A stretch of 64,000 nucleotides of DNA from an uncultured Acidobacteriota bacterium (lineage in GTDB: Bacteria; Acidobacteriota; Vicinamibacteria; Vicinamibacterales; 2-12-FULL-66-21): NCBI GenBank assembly GCA_963774855.1, contig CAVZGT010000011.1:34042-98041 (forward strand). The letters run 5' to 3'. The translations under genes were made by a program, and so were the position numbers. Under the pieces are notes generated by a model. The model made no database searches and had not been told where the DNA came from. It was given only the letters and a program-made list of their open reading frames with translations. Of the stretch, positions 27,993 through 37,608 are shown one piece after another (within the stretch, counting starts at the first letter, position 1; each line of letters opens with the position of its first letter).

Positions 27993-29867
27993 TTATCTCA
28001 ACTCTTTGATCAGCCTTTCGACTTCAGCCCGCTGCGCGGCGTTGGGGGGCAACCGCCGCAACAACTCCTGCGCCGTCGCGGCGGCCTCGGCGCGGCGCCC
28101 GGCGCGGGCGAAGGCGACCGCGAGCGCGAAGCGCGCGTGATGCAGCTCGGGATCGAGCGTCAGCGCGCGCTGCAGCGGCGCGACGGCGTCGGTGGGGCGG
28201 CCGCCGTCGGACAGCACCAGGCCGAGGTTCGCCATCACCACCGGATTGCCCGGCTCGACGAGCTCGGCGGCGCGCAAGGTACGGGCCGCGGCTTCGAACC
28301 GGCGGGCCGCGGTCTCGCACGCCGCGAGGCCGAGATGGGCGTCAGCCGACGGCAGGTGCGCGGCAATGGCGGATTGGAAGTGCGGCGCGGCGTCGCGACA
28401 GCGGCCGCTATCGAGAAGCACGTATCCGAGACGCAGATTGGCCTGTGGGTTCTGCGGATCGGCCGAAAGAATCTCCCGCAGCGCGCGCTCGAGCGCAGCC
28501 CCTTCCAGCTCTCCGGAAATAACCTGCGCGAGCCGCGCCGCCTCTTCGCGGCGATCCTTGGGATCCGGCCGCGCCGCTCCGGCCGGCGACGCGGCGCCGG
28601 CCGTGTATCCCAACGCCATCAGCCGAGCCCGCGTCTCCGGATCGACGTCAGGCTGCGCGATGACGTCCGGGCCGGAGTAACGAGCCACCTGCGCCTGGAG
28701 CGCAGCCGCTCGTGCGGCATCGGTCCTGGCGACGTCGTGCGTCTCCCCGGGATCCTGGCCGACATCGTACAGCTCGGGCCTCGGCGCCGCGATGTACTTC
28801 CACGTCCCCGACCAGATCGCGCGAAAGGGACTCCAGCCGAAGTCGAGCAGCGGGGCGAAGGACTCGGCGTACAGATCCCGCGCCGGCATCGGCGCGCCGT
28901 TGATCGCCGGACCGAGGTCGATGCCGTCGGCGTCCAATGGCGGGACGCCGAGCAGCCGCATGACCGTCGGCGCGACATCGATCAGCGACACGCGCCCGTC
29001 GACGGTCTGTCCCTTCGGCACACCGGGTCCCGCCATCATCAGCGGCACGCGCAAGGTCGTGTCGTACACGAAGATGCTGTGGCCGATCTCGCCGTGCTCG
29101 CCGAAGGCTTCCCCGTGATCGGCGGCCACGACGACCAGCGTGCCGGCACGGTCGGGCTCGAGCGCGGCGACGATCCGTCCGGCCTGCGCATCCGCTTCCG
29201 CCACCTCGTCGTCGTAGCGCGCTTGCGGAGGCCGGCGCGGCAGGGCGGCAGCCTCGCCGTATGGAGCATGAGGTTCGAACAGGTGCACCCAGAGAAAGAC
29301 GCGCCGGCCGCGATGGCGATCGAGCCAGGCGAGCGCCTCGTCTGCGACCGCGCGGCCCGGCCGCTCGTTCGCGGGCCGTCCGTCCGCGCCGCGCGGCATC
29401 CGATCGCCGTAGGTTTCGAATCCCTTGATCAGGCCGAAGCGGCGGTCGAGCGGGAACGCCCCGACGAATGCGGCCGTCGAGAACCCCGCGCGCTTCAAGG
29501 CCTCGGCCAGCGTCGGGGTCGTCAAATCGAGCCGCATCCCGTTGTGCCGGGCGCCGTGTCCGGCGGGATACCGGCCGGTCATCAGGCTGGCGTGCGAGGT
29601 CAACGTGATCGGGGCCGTCGCGAACGCGCGCGAGAATCGAGTTCCCTCGCGTGCGAGGCGATCCATGGTCGGCGTCCGCGCGGCCGCATGGCCGTAGGCG
29701 CCGACGCGATCGGCACGAAGCGTATCGATGGTGATCAGGACGAGGCTGCCTGCCGCGCCCGGCGGGGAAGCCGCGGGCGCCGGCTCCGCCGGCCGGCGGC
29801 ATCCTGTCGCCGGGAGCCCCGCCAGAAGCACCGCGAGCACGAACACCGCGTTGAAAAGACGGCTCAA
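27993..29867 (-). CDS. Sulfatase-like hydrolase/transferase (alkaline-phosphatase superfamily) with C-terminal TPR repeats
   Basis: LVLITIDTLRADRVGAYGH...TLTSHASLMTGRYP is followed by TPR-like A/L-rich repeats. A signal peptide is present. Confidence 0.8.
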   Translation of the reverse strand: MSRLFNAVFVLAVLLAGLPATGCRRPAEPAPAASPPGAAGSLVLITIDTLRADRVGAYGHAAARTPTMDRLAREGTRFSRAFATAPITLTSHASLMTGRYPAGHGARHNGMRLDLTTPTLAEALKRAGFSTAAFVGAFPLDRRFGLIKGFETYGDRMPRGADGRPANERPGRAVADEALAWLDRHRGRRVFLWVHLFEPHAPYGEAAALPRRPPQARYDDEVAEADAQAGRIVAALEPDRAGTLVVVAADHGEAFGEHGEIGHSIFVYDTTLRVPLMMAGPGVPKGQTVDGRVSLIDVAPTVMRLLGVPPLDADGIDLGPAINGAPMPARDLYAESFAPLLDFGWSPFRAIWSGTWKYIAAPRPELYDVGQDPGETHDVARTDAARAAALQAQVARYSGPDVIAQPDVDPETRARLMALGYTAGAASPAGAARPDPKDRREEAARLAQVISGELEGAALERALREILSADPQNPQANLRLGYVLLDSGRCRDAAPHFQSAIAAHLPSADAHLGLAACETAARRFEAAARTLRAAELVEPGNPVVMANLGLVLSDGGRPTDAVAPLQRALTLDPELHHARFALAVAFARAGRRAEAAATAQELLRRLPPNAAQRAEVERLIKELR

Positions 29868-29892
29868 GGTCAGGCCCAGTCTCGATCCGCCG

Positions 29893-30255
29893 TCAGCTGG
29901 ACGCGGCCGGCTTGGATGCGAGGTGCGGCGTCACTCGCTCCTCGAGCAGCGTTACCAGCTCCGGCTGGAGAAACGAGTAGTCGTCGGCGATCCCGAGGCA
30001 GATGAGGCCGGGCAGCGCCGGATGCCTCGGAAACATGCGTGTGAGCGACTGCCGTTGCGTGTCGTCCATCGTGAAGATCACGTCGGCCCAGTCGAGCATG
30101 CGCCGGGTCACGCGGACCATCGCGTCGATGTTCGTCCCGGCGGACCGCACGTCGAGATCCACGCGCTTGCAGAAGACGCGCTCGGCCGTTGCGCTCCGGC
30201 AGCGGTTCAGGCTGCACACGAACAGTACGCGCCGGGCCGGTGGAGGAGGCGTCAT
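29893..30255 (-). CDS. Low-molecular-weight phosphotyrosine phosphatase-like protein
   Basis: ATG 30255 gives VLFVCSLNRCRSATAE, the C-X5-R-S P-loop. Product is 120 aa. Confidence 0.75.
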   Translation of the reverse strand: MTPPPPARRVLFVCSLNRCRSATAERVFCKRVDLDVRSAGTNIDAMVRVTRRMLDWADVIFTMDDTQRQSLTRMFPRHPALPGLICLGIADDYSFLQPELVTLLEERVTPHLASKPAASS

Positions 30256-30310
30256 CGGGAAATCGGGTAATCTTAGCAAAACCCCGAACGAACCCGATTG
30301 GATCAAGCCC

Positions 30311-31372
30311 ATGCGCGAGCTGATTGTCAAAGCCTCCTGTTTTCTCATCGCGGGCATCTGCCTGGCAGGGATGTCTCCGGAATCGGCGCAGCCACCCGCC
30401 GACGGGGCCAGGGCCGGATCGGAGCGCCATCTGAAGAACATCCGCCAGCTGACGAGCGGCGGGGAGAATGCCGAAGCGTATTTTTCTCCCGACGGGACGC
30501 GCCTCATCTTTCAATCGACCCGGGTGGGTTACCCCTGCGATCAGATCTTCACCGTGAAGACCGACGGCACCGATCTGCGCCGCGTCAGCACGGGCACCGG
30601 CCGGACGACCTGCGGATACTTCTATCCGGGTGGACGGCAGATCCTCTTTGCCTCGACGCACGAGACGTCCCCGGAGTGTCCGCCGAGGCCGAGCTACGAG
30701 CGCGGCTACGTGTGGCCGATCTATGCCGGCTACGACATCTATCGCGCGAACGCGGATGGGTCGCAGCTCACGCCGCTGACGCGGGCGCCCGGCTACGACG
30801 CCGAGGCGACGATCGCGCCCGACGGTCTCATCGTGTTCACGAGCGTGCGTGACGGCGACATGGAGATTTATTCGATGCAGGCGGACGGGTCGGGCGTCAA
30901 GCGTCTGACCGATCGCCCCGGTCCGGATGGCGGCCCGTTCTTCTCGTGGGACGGGAAGCAGGTCGCATTCCGCGGGAAACCGATGGCGGCCGGAACGGAG
31001 CTCGACGGGTACCGGTCGTTGCTCAAGGAAGGTCTCTGGCGGCCCACCCAGCTGGAGCTCTTCGTGATGGCCCGCGATGGATCCGCGCTGCGCCAGGTCA
31101 CGAAGCTTGGCGGGGCGAACTTCGCGCCATCCTGGCACCCGGACGGCAAGCGGCTCATCTTCGCGTCGAACGTCGCCGATCAGAAAGGCCGCGACTTCGA
31201 CATCTATCTCGTCAATGTCGACGGCACCGGGCTCGAGCGGGTCACGTACAACAACACGTTCGACGGGTTCCCGATGTTCTCGCCCGACGGCAGGCAGATC
31301 GTCTTCGCGTCGAACCGCCTCGCGAAAGGGGAAGGCGAGACGAACGTGTTCATCGCGGACTGGGTCGAGTAG
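30311..31372 (+). CDS. PD40 / TolB-like beta-propeller repeat protein
   Basis: ATG 30311 with a signal peptide. Repeated FSPDG / IAPDG / WHPDG / FSPDG blades are visible. Confidence 0.8.
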   Translation: MRELIVKASCFLIAGICLAGMSPESAQPPADGARAGSERHLKNIRQLTSGGENAEAYFSPDGTRLIFQSTRVGYPCDQIFTVKTDGTDLRRVSTGTGRTTCGYFYPGGRQILFASTHETSPECPPRPSYERGYVWPIYAGYDIYRANADGSQLTPLTRAPGYDAEATIAPDGLIVFTSVRDGDMEIYSMQADGSGVKRLTDRPGPDGGPFFSWDGKQVAFRGKPMAAGTELDGYRSLLKEGLWRPTQLELFVMARDGSALRQVTKLGGANFAPSWHPDGKRLIFASNVADQKGRDFDIYLVNVDGTGLERVTYNNTFDGFPMFSPDGRQIVFASNRLAKGEGETNVFIADWVE

Positions 31373-31427
31373 TAGGTCGCGGACCGCTTGTGGTGTCCGG
31401 CTTCAGCCGGACCACTCCGGGTTCTGT

Positions 31428-31916
31428 GTGATCGCACGAACAGCCACGGCTGCCGACGCCGAAGCCATCGCGGCGATCTACAACGAGGGGATTGCCGACG
31501 GCATCGCGACGTTCGAGACGCGGCCGCGCACCGTCGACGACGTGTTGCCGTGGTTCGGGGGGCGCTTTCCGATCGTCGCGGTCGAGGACGAGACCCGCGC
31601 GGTCATCGCGTTTGCCTCGACCTCCGAATACCGGTCCCGCGAGTGCTACGCGGGCATCGCCGAGTTCTCGGTGTACGTGGCGCGGGGGCAGCGCGGCCGC
31701 GGCGCCGGCCGGCTCGGCATGCAGACGCTCATCGACGCGGCGAGGGCGGCGGGCTTCTGGAAGCTCGTCTCGCGCGTGTTCGTGGAGAACGCGCCGAGCC
31801 GTGCGCTGATGCGGAGCGCCGGATTCCGGGAAGTCGGGATCTACGAGCGTCACGCGCAGCTCGACGGCCGCTGGCGCGACGTCGTGATCGTCGAGAAGTC
31901 GCTCAGCGAACCCTGA
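31428..31916 (+). CDS. GNAT N-acetyltransferase, phosphinothricin-acetyltransferase-like
   Basis: GTG 31428 gives IARTATAADAEAIAAIYNEGIADGIATFETRPRTVDD...RGRGAGRLGMQTLIDAAR. Confidence 0.75.
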   Translation: MIARTATAADAEAIAAIYNEGIADGIATFETRPRTVDDVLPWFGGRFPIVAVEDETRAVIAFASTSEYRSRECYAGIAEFSVYVARGQRGRGAGRLGMQTLIDAARAAGFWKLVSRVFVENAPSRALMRSAGFREVGIYERHAQLDGRWRDVVIVEKSLSEP

Positions 31917-33294
31917 AGTCCACCTTCAGGAGCGGCGCTCCCGCGCGGCTGAACCAGGTCACCCCTTCTTCGACGAGATCGACGGCCAGCGTGTAGCGGC
32001 CGGCGCGCGGCGGCGTGTCGACGCGGCACGTCATCTCGCAGGTCGCCCCCGGTGGGACCGCGTGCGGCAGCGGCGTCCGCAACCCGTCGTCTATGGCCAG
32101 CGCACCGTCGGCATCGAGCCAGTGATAGCTGAGGAAGACCGGCGCGGCAGGATCGCGGCTGTCCCAGCTGCGCCAGCTCTTGTTCCGGAACACGACCGTC
32201 GCCAGGAGCGTTGTTCCCGGCGCCGCGGTGTGCCCGCCGTCGTACGAGACGTATTCCACGTCGTAGGGTCCTTCCAGCCGCCGCGCCGGTTCGGATTCCC
32301 GGGGCTGGATTGGACGCGGCGTGCGGATCGCATGCGGCGCGCCGCGCTCGGCGTAGATCGCCCAGTGCTTCGCGTGATGATCGAGATTCTGGCGGACGAG
32401 CACTTCTTCGATGGCGACGATCGTGTCGTAGGTGGTCTCGCCGAACTCGTCACGCAGCGGCGGCCGGCCGTACGGATCCGGCGGATACGTCTCGACGCCG
32501 GCGATCGTCCCCCGCACCTGGAGTCCGAATCCGTCGAAGAACTGCTTGAAGTCGTCGAGCGTGTAGCGATGCTCCACCGCTTCGCCGGTGTTCGTAGCGG
32601 CCTGGCTCGCGGCGGGCCGATTCGTAGCGCCGGCCTTCAGGCCTGCCTTCGCAGCCGGGCCATCGTTGTCGGCTCGTGGCGATCCGTCTTCCCCTAGCTG
32701 CCAGACGATTCGCGATCGGATCGTGTCGATCGCGGGAACGATCCAGTCGAGATCGAGCGTCCGTTGCCATCCGCCGAGCCAGTCGCCGCCGGGCTCGATC
32801 AGGAAGAAACGCGTCGTCGTCCGGCTCCACGTCCTCACGAACCGCCCCGGATCGAGCAGGTGATGGAACGAGTCGAACATCAGGACGATGTCGGCAGGCG
32901 GCTGCGCGACGAACGTGGCGATGTCGGCCGCCTCGAAGCGGACGTTGGAGAGGCCCAGCGCGCGCGCGTGCTCGCCGGCGCGGGCAATCGCCGCCGCGCT
33001 GTGATCGACGCCGGTGAACGCGATGTCCGGGTAGCGGCGCGCGAGCTCGCACGTGATCTCTCCGGGACCGCACCCCAGATCGATCGCGTGCCGCACGCCG
33101 TCCAGGTGTTCCGCGGCCAGGTCCGCGAACCGCCGGATCGTGACGTATCCCGGATACGCGAACGTGAACGGATCGTAGCGCTGGGTGCCGAAGAGCGTGT
33201 CGTGGAATTCGCGATCGGCCGCCGACGACCAGCGCTGGAGCGCCCAGCGCAGGCGGCGCGGGATGGACCCGAGGAGACGGAGCACGGGAGACAT
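31903..33294 (-). CDS. Class I SAM-dependent methyltransferase with C-terminal extension
   Basis: DLGCGPGEITCELARRYPDIAFTGVDHS motif I. The start is uncertain: ATG 33294 is preferred, and ATG 33345 would overlap the divergent SMP-30 start. Confidence 0.7.
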   Translation of the reverse strand: MSPVLRLLGSIPRRLRWALQRWSSAADREFHDTLFGTQRYDPFTFAYPGYVTIRRFADLAAEHLDGVRHAIDLGCGPGEITCELARRYPDIAFTGVDHSAAAIARAGEHARALGLSNVRFEAADIATFVAQPPADIVLMFDSFHHLLDPGRFVRTWSRTTTRFFLIEPGGDWLGGWQRTLDLDWIVPAIDTIRSRIVWQLGEDGSPRADNDGPAAKAGLKAGATNRPAASQAATNTGEAVEHRYTLDDFKQFFDGFGLQVRGTIAGVETYPPDPYGRPPLRDEFGETTYDTIVAIEEVLVRQNLDHHAKHWAIYAERGAPHAIRTPRPIQPRESEPARRLEGPYDVEYVSYDGGHTAAPGTTLLATVVFRNKSWRSWDSRDPAAPVFLSYHWLDADGALAIDDGLRTPLPHAVPPGATCEMTCRVDTPPRAGRYTLAVDLVEEGVTWFSRAGAPLLKVDFRVR

Positions 33295-33343
33295 TATAAG
33301 GAGGAGAGACGAAGAGAAGGCCAAACGAGGGAGAATACGCACC

Positions 33344-34238
33344 ATGGTGACGGCCACGCTCCTCGTCGATTCGCAGTGCACTTTGGGTGAGGGCATCCTC
33401 TGGGACAGCCGCCGCGACGCGCTCCTGTGGACCGACATCGAACGCGCGACGCTCTGGCTGCATCACACCGACGACGGATCGACCCGCACGTGGCGGCTGC
33501 CCGATCGGCTCGGCTCGCTGGCGTTGTGCGACTCCGGCAAGCTGCTGCTCGCGCTGGCCAAGGGCCTCTTTCTCGCCGACATCGATCGGCCGGACGCCGA
33601 GCTGGCCGTCACCCTGCTCGTGCCGCTCGAGGCCGATCTGCCGTCGACGCGCACCAACGACGGCCGCACCGACCGCGCCGGGAACTTCGTGTTCGGCACG
33701 CTGAACGAGCAGCCGGACCGATCGCCGATCGGCAGCTTCTACCAGTATTCGACGCGCCACGGCCTTCGCCGCCTCGCCCTCGGCGGCGTGGCGATCCCGA
33801 ACAGCATCTGCTTCAGCCCGGATGGGCGGACGATGTACTACTGCGACTCGTTGAGCGGACGCATTCTGCAGTGCCGCTACGACGCGGAGCCGGCGGAGGT
33901 GTCGGACGTGCGGCCCTTCGCGGAATTCGGCGCCGGCCGCGGGCTGCCGGACGGCTCGATCGTCGACGCGGACGGGTGCCTGTGGAATGCGGAGTGGGGC
34001 GCCGCCATGGTGCGCCGGTATACGCCGGCGGGAACGCTCGACCGCGAGATCGCCGTGCCGGCGAAGAACCCGACGTGCCCGGCGTTCGGCGGCCGGGATC
34101 TGACGGAGCTCTACGTCACGTCGGCGCGTCAGGAGATGACGCCGGAGGAGCTGGCGGCGATGCCGGACGCGGGCGGCGTGTATGCCGCGCGGCCCGGGCG
34201 TGCGCGGGTTACCCGAGGCGCGGTTCCCCGATGCGTAA
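33344..34238 (+). CDS. SMP-30/gluconolactonase/LRE family protein; terminal frame break
   Basis: [21 protein letters not shown]...[18 protein letters not shown]. The literal ORF reads through to 34372, across the tRNA. Removing one G from the GGG at 34196-34198 gives the family-typical end [13 protein letters not shown]-stop at 34236-34238. Confidence 0.85.
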
Positions 34239-34285
34239 AGACGCTGAAGGGGTGCGGTGGTGAGTGTGGGATAATCCAGAGGTGT

Positions 34286-34362
34286 CGGGGCGTAGCGCAG
34301 CCTGGTAGCGCATCTGCTTTGGGAGCAGAGGGTCGGGGGTTCGAATCCCTCCGCCCCGACCA
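34286..34362 (+). tRNA. tRNA-Pro (anticodon TGG), CCA encoded
   Basis: Hand-folded cloverleaf: acceptor CGGGGCG/CGCCCCG, D arm GCGC..GCGC, anticodon stem TCTGC/GCAGA with loop TTTGGGA, T arm GGGGG TTCGAAT CCCTC, discriminator A, then CCA. Confidence 0.9.
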
Positions 34363-34416
34363 CTTTTCCTAACGTTTTCTCACGTTTGAAAACTTGGCGG
34401 TCGCGGATCGAGCGTC

Positions 34417-34445
34417 GGCTGACAATTGGCTGACAATCGGTAGCG
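34417..34445. repeat. Direct repeat, left copy (GGCTGACAATTGGCTGACAAT + GTAGCG)
   Basis: 21 nt identical to 38838-38858, and 27 of 29 identical over the extended stretch. It lies 55 nt downstream of tRNA-Pro. Confidence 0.9.
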
Positions 34446-34472
34446 TGCCAAGCCTGCCCGTTCCGCATTTCC

Positions 34473-34600
34473 TCACCCGATCTGAACGCTTGTTTCATCG
34501 CGGTGCTCGACTCGCGTGCGCGCCTGGCGCATCGACTCTGCCAGCGAGCTCGCGCGCGCGTTCATGTAGCGCTGGGTCGTCGTGATGCTGGCTTTGGTAA
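34473..34600 (-). pseudogene. Tyrosine-recombinase (integrase) C-terminal remnant
   Basis: ...VITKASITTTQRYMNARASSLAESM resembles the conserved GHxSIxTTxxY tail of phage-type integrases. Upstream it is cut off by the ADOP gene end at 34601. Confidence 0.4.
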
Positions 34601-37216
34601 TCACTCGCACCGCAGGGCGACGACTGGATCGATGAGGGATGCCTTGACGGCCGGGCCCCAGCACGCGGTGAAAGCCGTGACGCCAACAGTCATCACGGCC
34701 GCCGCGAACGTGGCGAAATCGGTGGGTGTCACCTCGTACAACAGTCCGATCATCACCCGCGTGGATGCCAGGGCCGCAGCAAGACCAAGCGCGATTCCGC
34801 CGAGCGTTACGGCCATTCCCTGCCGCAGTATCATCGCCACGACTTGACCTCGCGCCGCGCCTAGCGCGATTCGCACGCCGATTTCCTTCGTTCGCTGTGC
34901 CACGGCATACGCCACGACGCCGTAAATGCCGATAATCACGAGCAGGAGTGCCGACAGAGCGAATGTCCCCAGCAACAGCAGAGTCAATCGGCGCGGTGCG
35001 ATCGAATCGGCGAGCGCCACGTCGAGCGGCTTCACGTCGAACAGGGGCTGGGTGCGATCGATATTGGAGAGTAGGGTCCGGAGCGACGTTGCGACAGACA
35101 TCGGATCGGCGCTGGTGCGAATCGTAAGAGTCGTCCCGGCGATTCTCGCGTGTCCGTAATCGATGAATAGTTCCGGTTCAGTTGCCGTCCCCAGCTTTGA
35201 ATACCGCAGATCGGCGACGACTCCGACCACCTGTGCGGAGCGTGTGGACGCATCCACGTAGGGCAGCCGGATCCGTTTGCCGATCGGATCCGAGCCAGGA
35301 AACGCCTCGCGCGCGAGCGTCTCGTTGATCACGAACACGGGCGTCGGCTCATGGTCCGTAAGCCACCGACCCTTCACGATTCGCAAGCCGAGCGCCGAGG
35401 CGTAGCCTGCGGAGGCCGAACTGAGTACACCGTGTGGCTTCTGCTCAGGCGGCCTGTCAGGTTCTCCCTCGATGGTCAGACGCATGATCGGGCCACCGTT
35501 CGAACCGACGCCCGCCGCTTCCACACCGGGTGCGGCAGCGGCACGTTGGAGCAGCTCGTCAATGAATGCGCGCCGATTCTGCGGATCGCGATAGCGCGGT
35601 CCTGAAAACTGTACCCGCATGGTCAGTATGCGATCCGGCACAAAGCCGGGCGGGTACGCGGTCATGTGCCAGACGCTCTTCACCATGAGTCCGGCGGCAA
35701 CGAGCAAGACGACCGTGAGCGCAACTTCGATCGTCACGAGTACGCGCCTCACGTGAAGGCTGCGTACACCCGGCGATGCGGCGCCCCCACCGTCCTTCAA
35801 GGTTTCGTAGACGTTGGCCTTCCACCCTGCGATCGCCGGCACGAGCGCGAAGACGAACGTCGTCGCTGCACCCATCCCCAGAGCGAACACGAGGACGCGC
35901 GCGTCGATGGTCGTTTCGGACAGCCGCGGCACCGCCAGCGGTAGCAGCCGCAGCATCATTGCCAGTAGACCTCGGGCGACCAGCAATCCTGCGGCGCACC
36001 CAATTGCTCCGAGGAGGAGGCTTTCGACGAAGAACTGGCGCAGGATGCGAGCACGGCCGGCACCGATCGCCGTCCGGATCGCGATTTCGCGTTGTCGCGC
36101 CGATCCGCGTACCAGCATAAGAGCGGCCGTATTGATGCACACGATCAACAAGACCAAGGCGACCGCCGCCTGCAAGATGACCAGCGGCTTTCGCGCATCG
36201 CCAACGAGCTTGTCGGCGTACGGGACAACGCGAAGATGGGACGGCCCTCCCGTTCGCTGACCGGGCTGTCGCCGCAATTCCCGAATACTCTCGAGCTCTG
36301 CACGTGCGCGCTCGATCGAGACGCCGGGCTTCAAACGGCCCATGACGCTGAAGATTTGGACGCCCGGGCCGGGCGATGGGGGTATGACATTCGCGCGATA
36401 GATGTCGATATCGCCTGGGCCGATCGCGGCAAATGCCGGCGGCGAGGCGAGCTGGGGATGAAAGTCGGCGGGCAACACCCCGGTGATGACACTTTGCTGT
36501 CCGCTGACCATCACAGGTCGTCCGATGACCGTCGCATCCGCGTGGAACCAACGTTCGAAGAAGGTGTGTGGGAGGACCACTCCATCTTCGCCCAACGGCG
36601 GAGGCCCACCGAGAGCAAAGCTCGCGCCCGTGAGAGCCCAGAACCCATCGGTGACCGCGGCGACGCGCGCCTGCACCGCTTCGTCACCAACGTCGATTGG
36701 TTCGGAGGCAATCAAATATGCCGCCAAGGATTCAAACACAGTCGCCTGATCACGCCAAGCGACAAAATCTGGCGACATGACGACGTCATCCTGGCCGTCA
36801 TCATTGTACGGGGCGACCCACACCAAGCGTTCAGGATGCGGGTACGCGAGCGGTCGTACAAGCACCGCGTTGACAACGCTGAACACCGCCGTGTTCAAAC
36901 CGATCCCAAGTGCAACCGTGAGCACGACCACAACGGCAAACCCGGGTGTGCGACGACACAGACGGAGGCCGTATCGAGTGTCTTGGAGAAGGTGATCCCA
37001 CCAAACGGGGATCCATAGCGTCCGAGTGTCTTCCCGCACCAACGTCACATTGCCCAGGTCACGGTGAGCGGCCCGTCTGGCCTCGTCCTCGGCGAGTCCG
37101 TCGGCCTGTCGTTCCTGTGTTTCCTCTTCAAGGTGGAATTGCAATTCTTCGCGGAGTTCCTCCTCCTTGCGCCGACGCTGAGCCCACCACGTGAACTTCC
37201 GAAATGGCGAACTCAT
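34601..37216 (-). CDS. ADOP-type duplicated permease (two MacB/FtsX-like halves)
   Basis: The ATG at 37216 overlaps the PadR stop (ATGA). The N-terminus is MSSPFRKFTWWAQRRRKEEELREELQFHLEEE. Two FtsX-like TM clusters are present. The pairing with PadR is classic for Acidobacteria. Confidence 0.85.
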   Translation of the reverse strand: MSSPFRKFTWWAQRRRKEEELREELQFHLEEETQERQADGLAEDEARRAAHRDLGNVTLVREDTRTLWIPVWWDHLLQDTRYGLRLCRRTPGFAVVVVLTVALGIGLNTAVFSVVNAVLVRPLAYPHPERLVWVAPYNDDGQDDVVMSPDFVAWRDQATVFESLAAYLIASEPIDVGDEAVQARVAAVTDGFWALTGASFALGGPPPLGEDGVVLPHTFFERWFHADATVIGRPVMVSGQQSVITGVLPADFHPQLASPPAFAAIGPGDIDIYRANVIPPSPGPGVQIFSVMGRLKPGVSIERARAELESIRELRRQPGQRTGGPSHLRVVPYADKLVGDARKPLVILQAAVALVLLIVCINTAALMLVRGSARQREIAIRTAIGAGRARILRQFFVESLLLGAIGCAAGLLVARGLLAMMLRLLPLAVPRLSETTIDARVLVFALGMGAATTFVFALVPAIAGWKANVYETLKDGGGAASPGVRSLHVRRVLVTIEVALTVVLLVAAGLMVKSVWHMTAYPPGFVPDRILTMRVQFSGPRYRDPQNRRAFIDELLQRAAAAPGVEAAGVGSNGGPIMRLTIEGEPDRPPEQKPHGVLSSASAGYASALGLRIVKGRWLTDHEPTPVFVINETLAREAFPGSDPIGKRIRLPYVDASTRSAQVVGVVADLRYSKLGTATEPELFIDYGHARIAGTTLTIRTSADPMSVATSLRTLLSNIDRTQPLFDVKPLDVALADSIAPRRLTLLLLGTFALSALLLVIIGIYGVVAYAVAQRTKEIGVRIALGAARGQVVAMILRQGMAVTLGGIALGLAAALASTRVMIGLLYEVTPTDFATFAAAVMTVGVTAFTACWGPAVKASLIDPVVALRCE

Positions 37217-37569
37217 CGTCCCTCCTCGGCGGCGGGCTTCAGAAGCAGACCCATGGCGCGAGCGAATGCGTCCCATTTCGACTGTTCGCGCGTCAGCTGC
37301 TTCCGCCCCAGAGGCGTGATTCGGTAGTACCGGGCGCGCTTGCCCTTCTCCGACTTTTCCCAGCCCGCGGCGACCCAGCCATTGGCCTCAAGCCGATAGA
37401 GCGCCGGGTAGAGGGAGCCTGTTTCGACTTGCAGCAGATCTTCCGAGGTCCGTTGAATGTGCTTCGCAATGGCGTGGCCGTGACTCGGGCCGGGCAGCAG
37501 CGTGCGCAGGATCATCAGGTCAAGGGTGCCGCGCAGGAGCTCGACCCGAGACGGCGGCTTCACAATCAT
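37213..37569 (-). CDS. PadR family transcriptional regulator
   Basis: LRGTLDLMILRTLLPGPSHGHAIAKHIQRTSEDLLQVETGSLYPALYRLEANGWV. Confidence 0.9.
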   Translation of the reverse strand: MIVKPPSRVELLRGTLDLMILRTLLPGPSHGHAIAKHIQRTSEDLLQVETGSLYPALYRLEANGWVAAGWEKSEKGKRARYYRITPLGRKQLTREQSKWDAFARAMGLLLKPAAEEGR

Positions 37570-37571
37570 TC

Positions 37572-37608
37572 TGTAGGAACTCTACGTATTATTGTGTAGA
37601 AAGTCTAC
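37572..37608. promoter_or_regulatory. Two tandem 14-bp palindromes TGTAGnAAnTCTAC immediately upstream of padR (candidate operators)
   Basis: tgtaggaactctac (37572-37585) and tgtagaaagtctac (37595-37608) flank an AT-rich ATAATA-like element. Confidence 0.4.
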
